From the NCBI GenBank assembly GCA_965287045.1, contig OZ336882.1, forward strand, positions 48,794,001 to 48,858,000: a DNA stretch of 64,000 nucleotides, read 5' to 3'. Both the position numbers and the translations under genes were made by a program. How positions within the stretch are numbered: position 1 is the stretch's first letter; every line of letters begins with the position of its first letter. Positions 62,918 to 64,000 of the stretch are shown piece by piece. Below the pieces are notes generated by a model, which did not search any database, was not told where the DNA came from, and worked only from the letters and a program-made list of their open reading frames with translations. This DNA comes from Carcharhinus amblyrhynchos. Its lineage: Eukaryota.

Positions 62918-63235
62918 GGGCAGCACCGTGGCACAGTGGTTAGCACTGTAAGCTCACAGTGCTAGGGACCCGGATTCGATTCCCAGCTTGGGTCACTGTC
63001 AATGTTGAGTCTGCACGTTCTCCCTGTGTCTGTGTGGGTATCCTCCAGATGCTCCGGTTTCCTCGCACAGTCCAAAAGACGTGCTGGTTGGGTGCATTGA
63101 CCATGCTAAATTCTCCCTCAGTGTACCCAAACAGGCACTGGAGTGTGGCGAATAGGCGATTTTCATCCCCTATGTAACTTAATTGCGGTGTTATTGCAAG
63201 CTTACTTGTGATAGTAATAAATAAACATTAAACTT
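62918..63235 (+). mobile_element. V-SINE type B
   Basis: gggcagcaccgtggcacagtggttagcactg head, V-domain, tail gcttacttgtgatagtaataaataaac. Confidence 0.9.
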
Positions 63236-64000
63236 TTCTCCAGCAAAATATGGTGCTTAAATAGTCCAGGTTTCATGCACTTTTTAAATAATTCTCACAA
63301 AATGAGCAAGACCACACAATACAATCTTCAGCTCTTCTACCTCACCAGGGTGCACCTTTTCAACTCAACCTCCATAAGCAATATTTTCAAACCAGCCATA
63401 TGCTTTCTATTAGGCACGAAGATCATACACTTTCTCAGGAATCAGGATCATTGTCACTCAGCCCTTAGTCAACTGCCTAAACGGTGCAATTGCAACTCAT
63501 ATTGTGAGTTAGTTTCAATCTTTGGTATTCAAATGTATACATTTGTAAACTAAGTTACAATACAAGAAGTAAATTGGTTAAAATGCAATGATTATACTTG
63601 TAATTTAGCCAAATGAGAAAGATACTGTTATGACCGAGATGGGAAGTGTATGCAGTTTATTTAGCCCCAATATTTTGTGGGCACTAAGTTGACACGTTTC
63701 ACTGTGTCACCAAAATGACCAATTAGTTGCCTTCACAACTGTTAGACATAGAACAAAAGAGACTTTGGTCAGATTTCTTTAAATAAACCCAGAATTACTG
63801 ATTTATTAGAAAACATAGGGTCAGATTATTTGGTCGTTCCCGCCAGCAGGATTCTCTGGTTCTGCTGAACTGAATAGAGATTTGGCGGAGCACCAAATTC
63901 TCCATCCTCACTGGCAGCAGGGCGACCAGAGAATTCTGGTGAAAACTTCCTTTGTTAAAACAAGTTGCAAGAATTCACATAATTGTACTCTGGTTGTATA

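Overview
This is eukaryotic, AT-rich, repeat-dense DNA, almost certainly from a shark or other elasmobranch: it carries about 20 HE1-type V-SINEs together with CR1 LINEs. I found no intact host gene, rRNA, tRNA gene or CRISPR array, and the window reads as intergenic DNA or a very large intron. The ORFs I could assign are decayed transposon frames or minisatellite translations; the rest look like chance ORFs. Recognisable elements are CR1, L2, Rex1/Babar and Ingi/Vingi-like LINE remnants, several SINE families, Penelope-like inverted-repeat elements with minimal hammerhead ribozyme motifs, PIF/Harbinger transposase and Myb remnants plus a MITE family, and a Gmr1-like Gypsy gag-protease remnant. 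The most notable observation is a three-layer nest at 56.5-60 kb: a ~165-bp fragment of EIF3B coding sequence lies antisense inside a CR1 LINE, which itself splits the protease of the Gypsy element. Also notable are a perfect 126-bp palindrome centred on the hammerhead AAGCTT site and one V-SINE body carrying tails from different partner LINEs. Family names come from my recall of consensus motifs, not from database searches, and boundaries are approximate unless a TSD is given.
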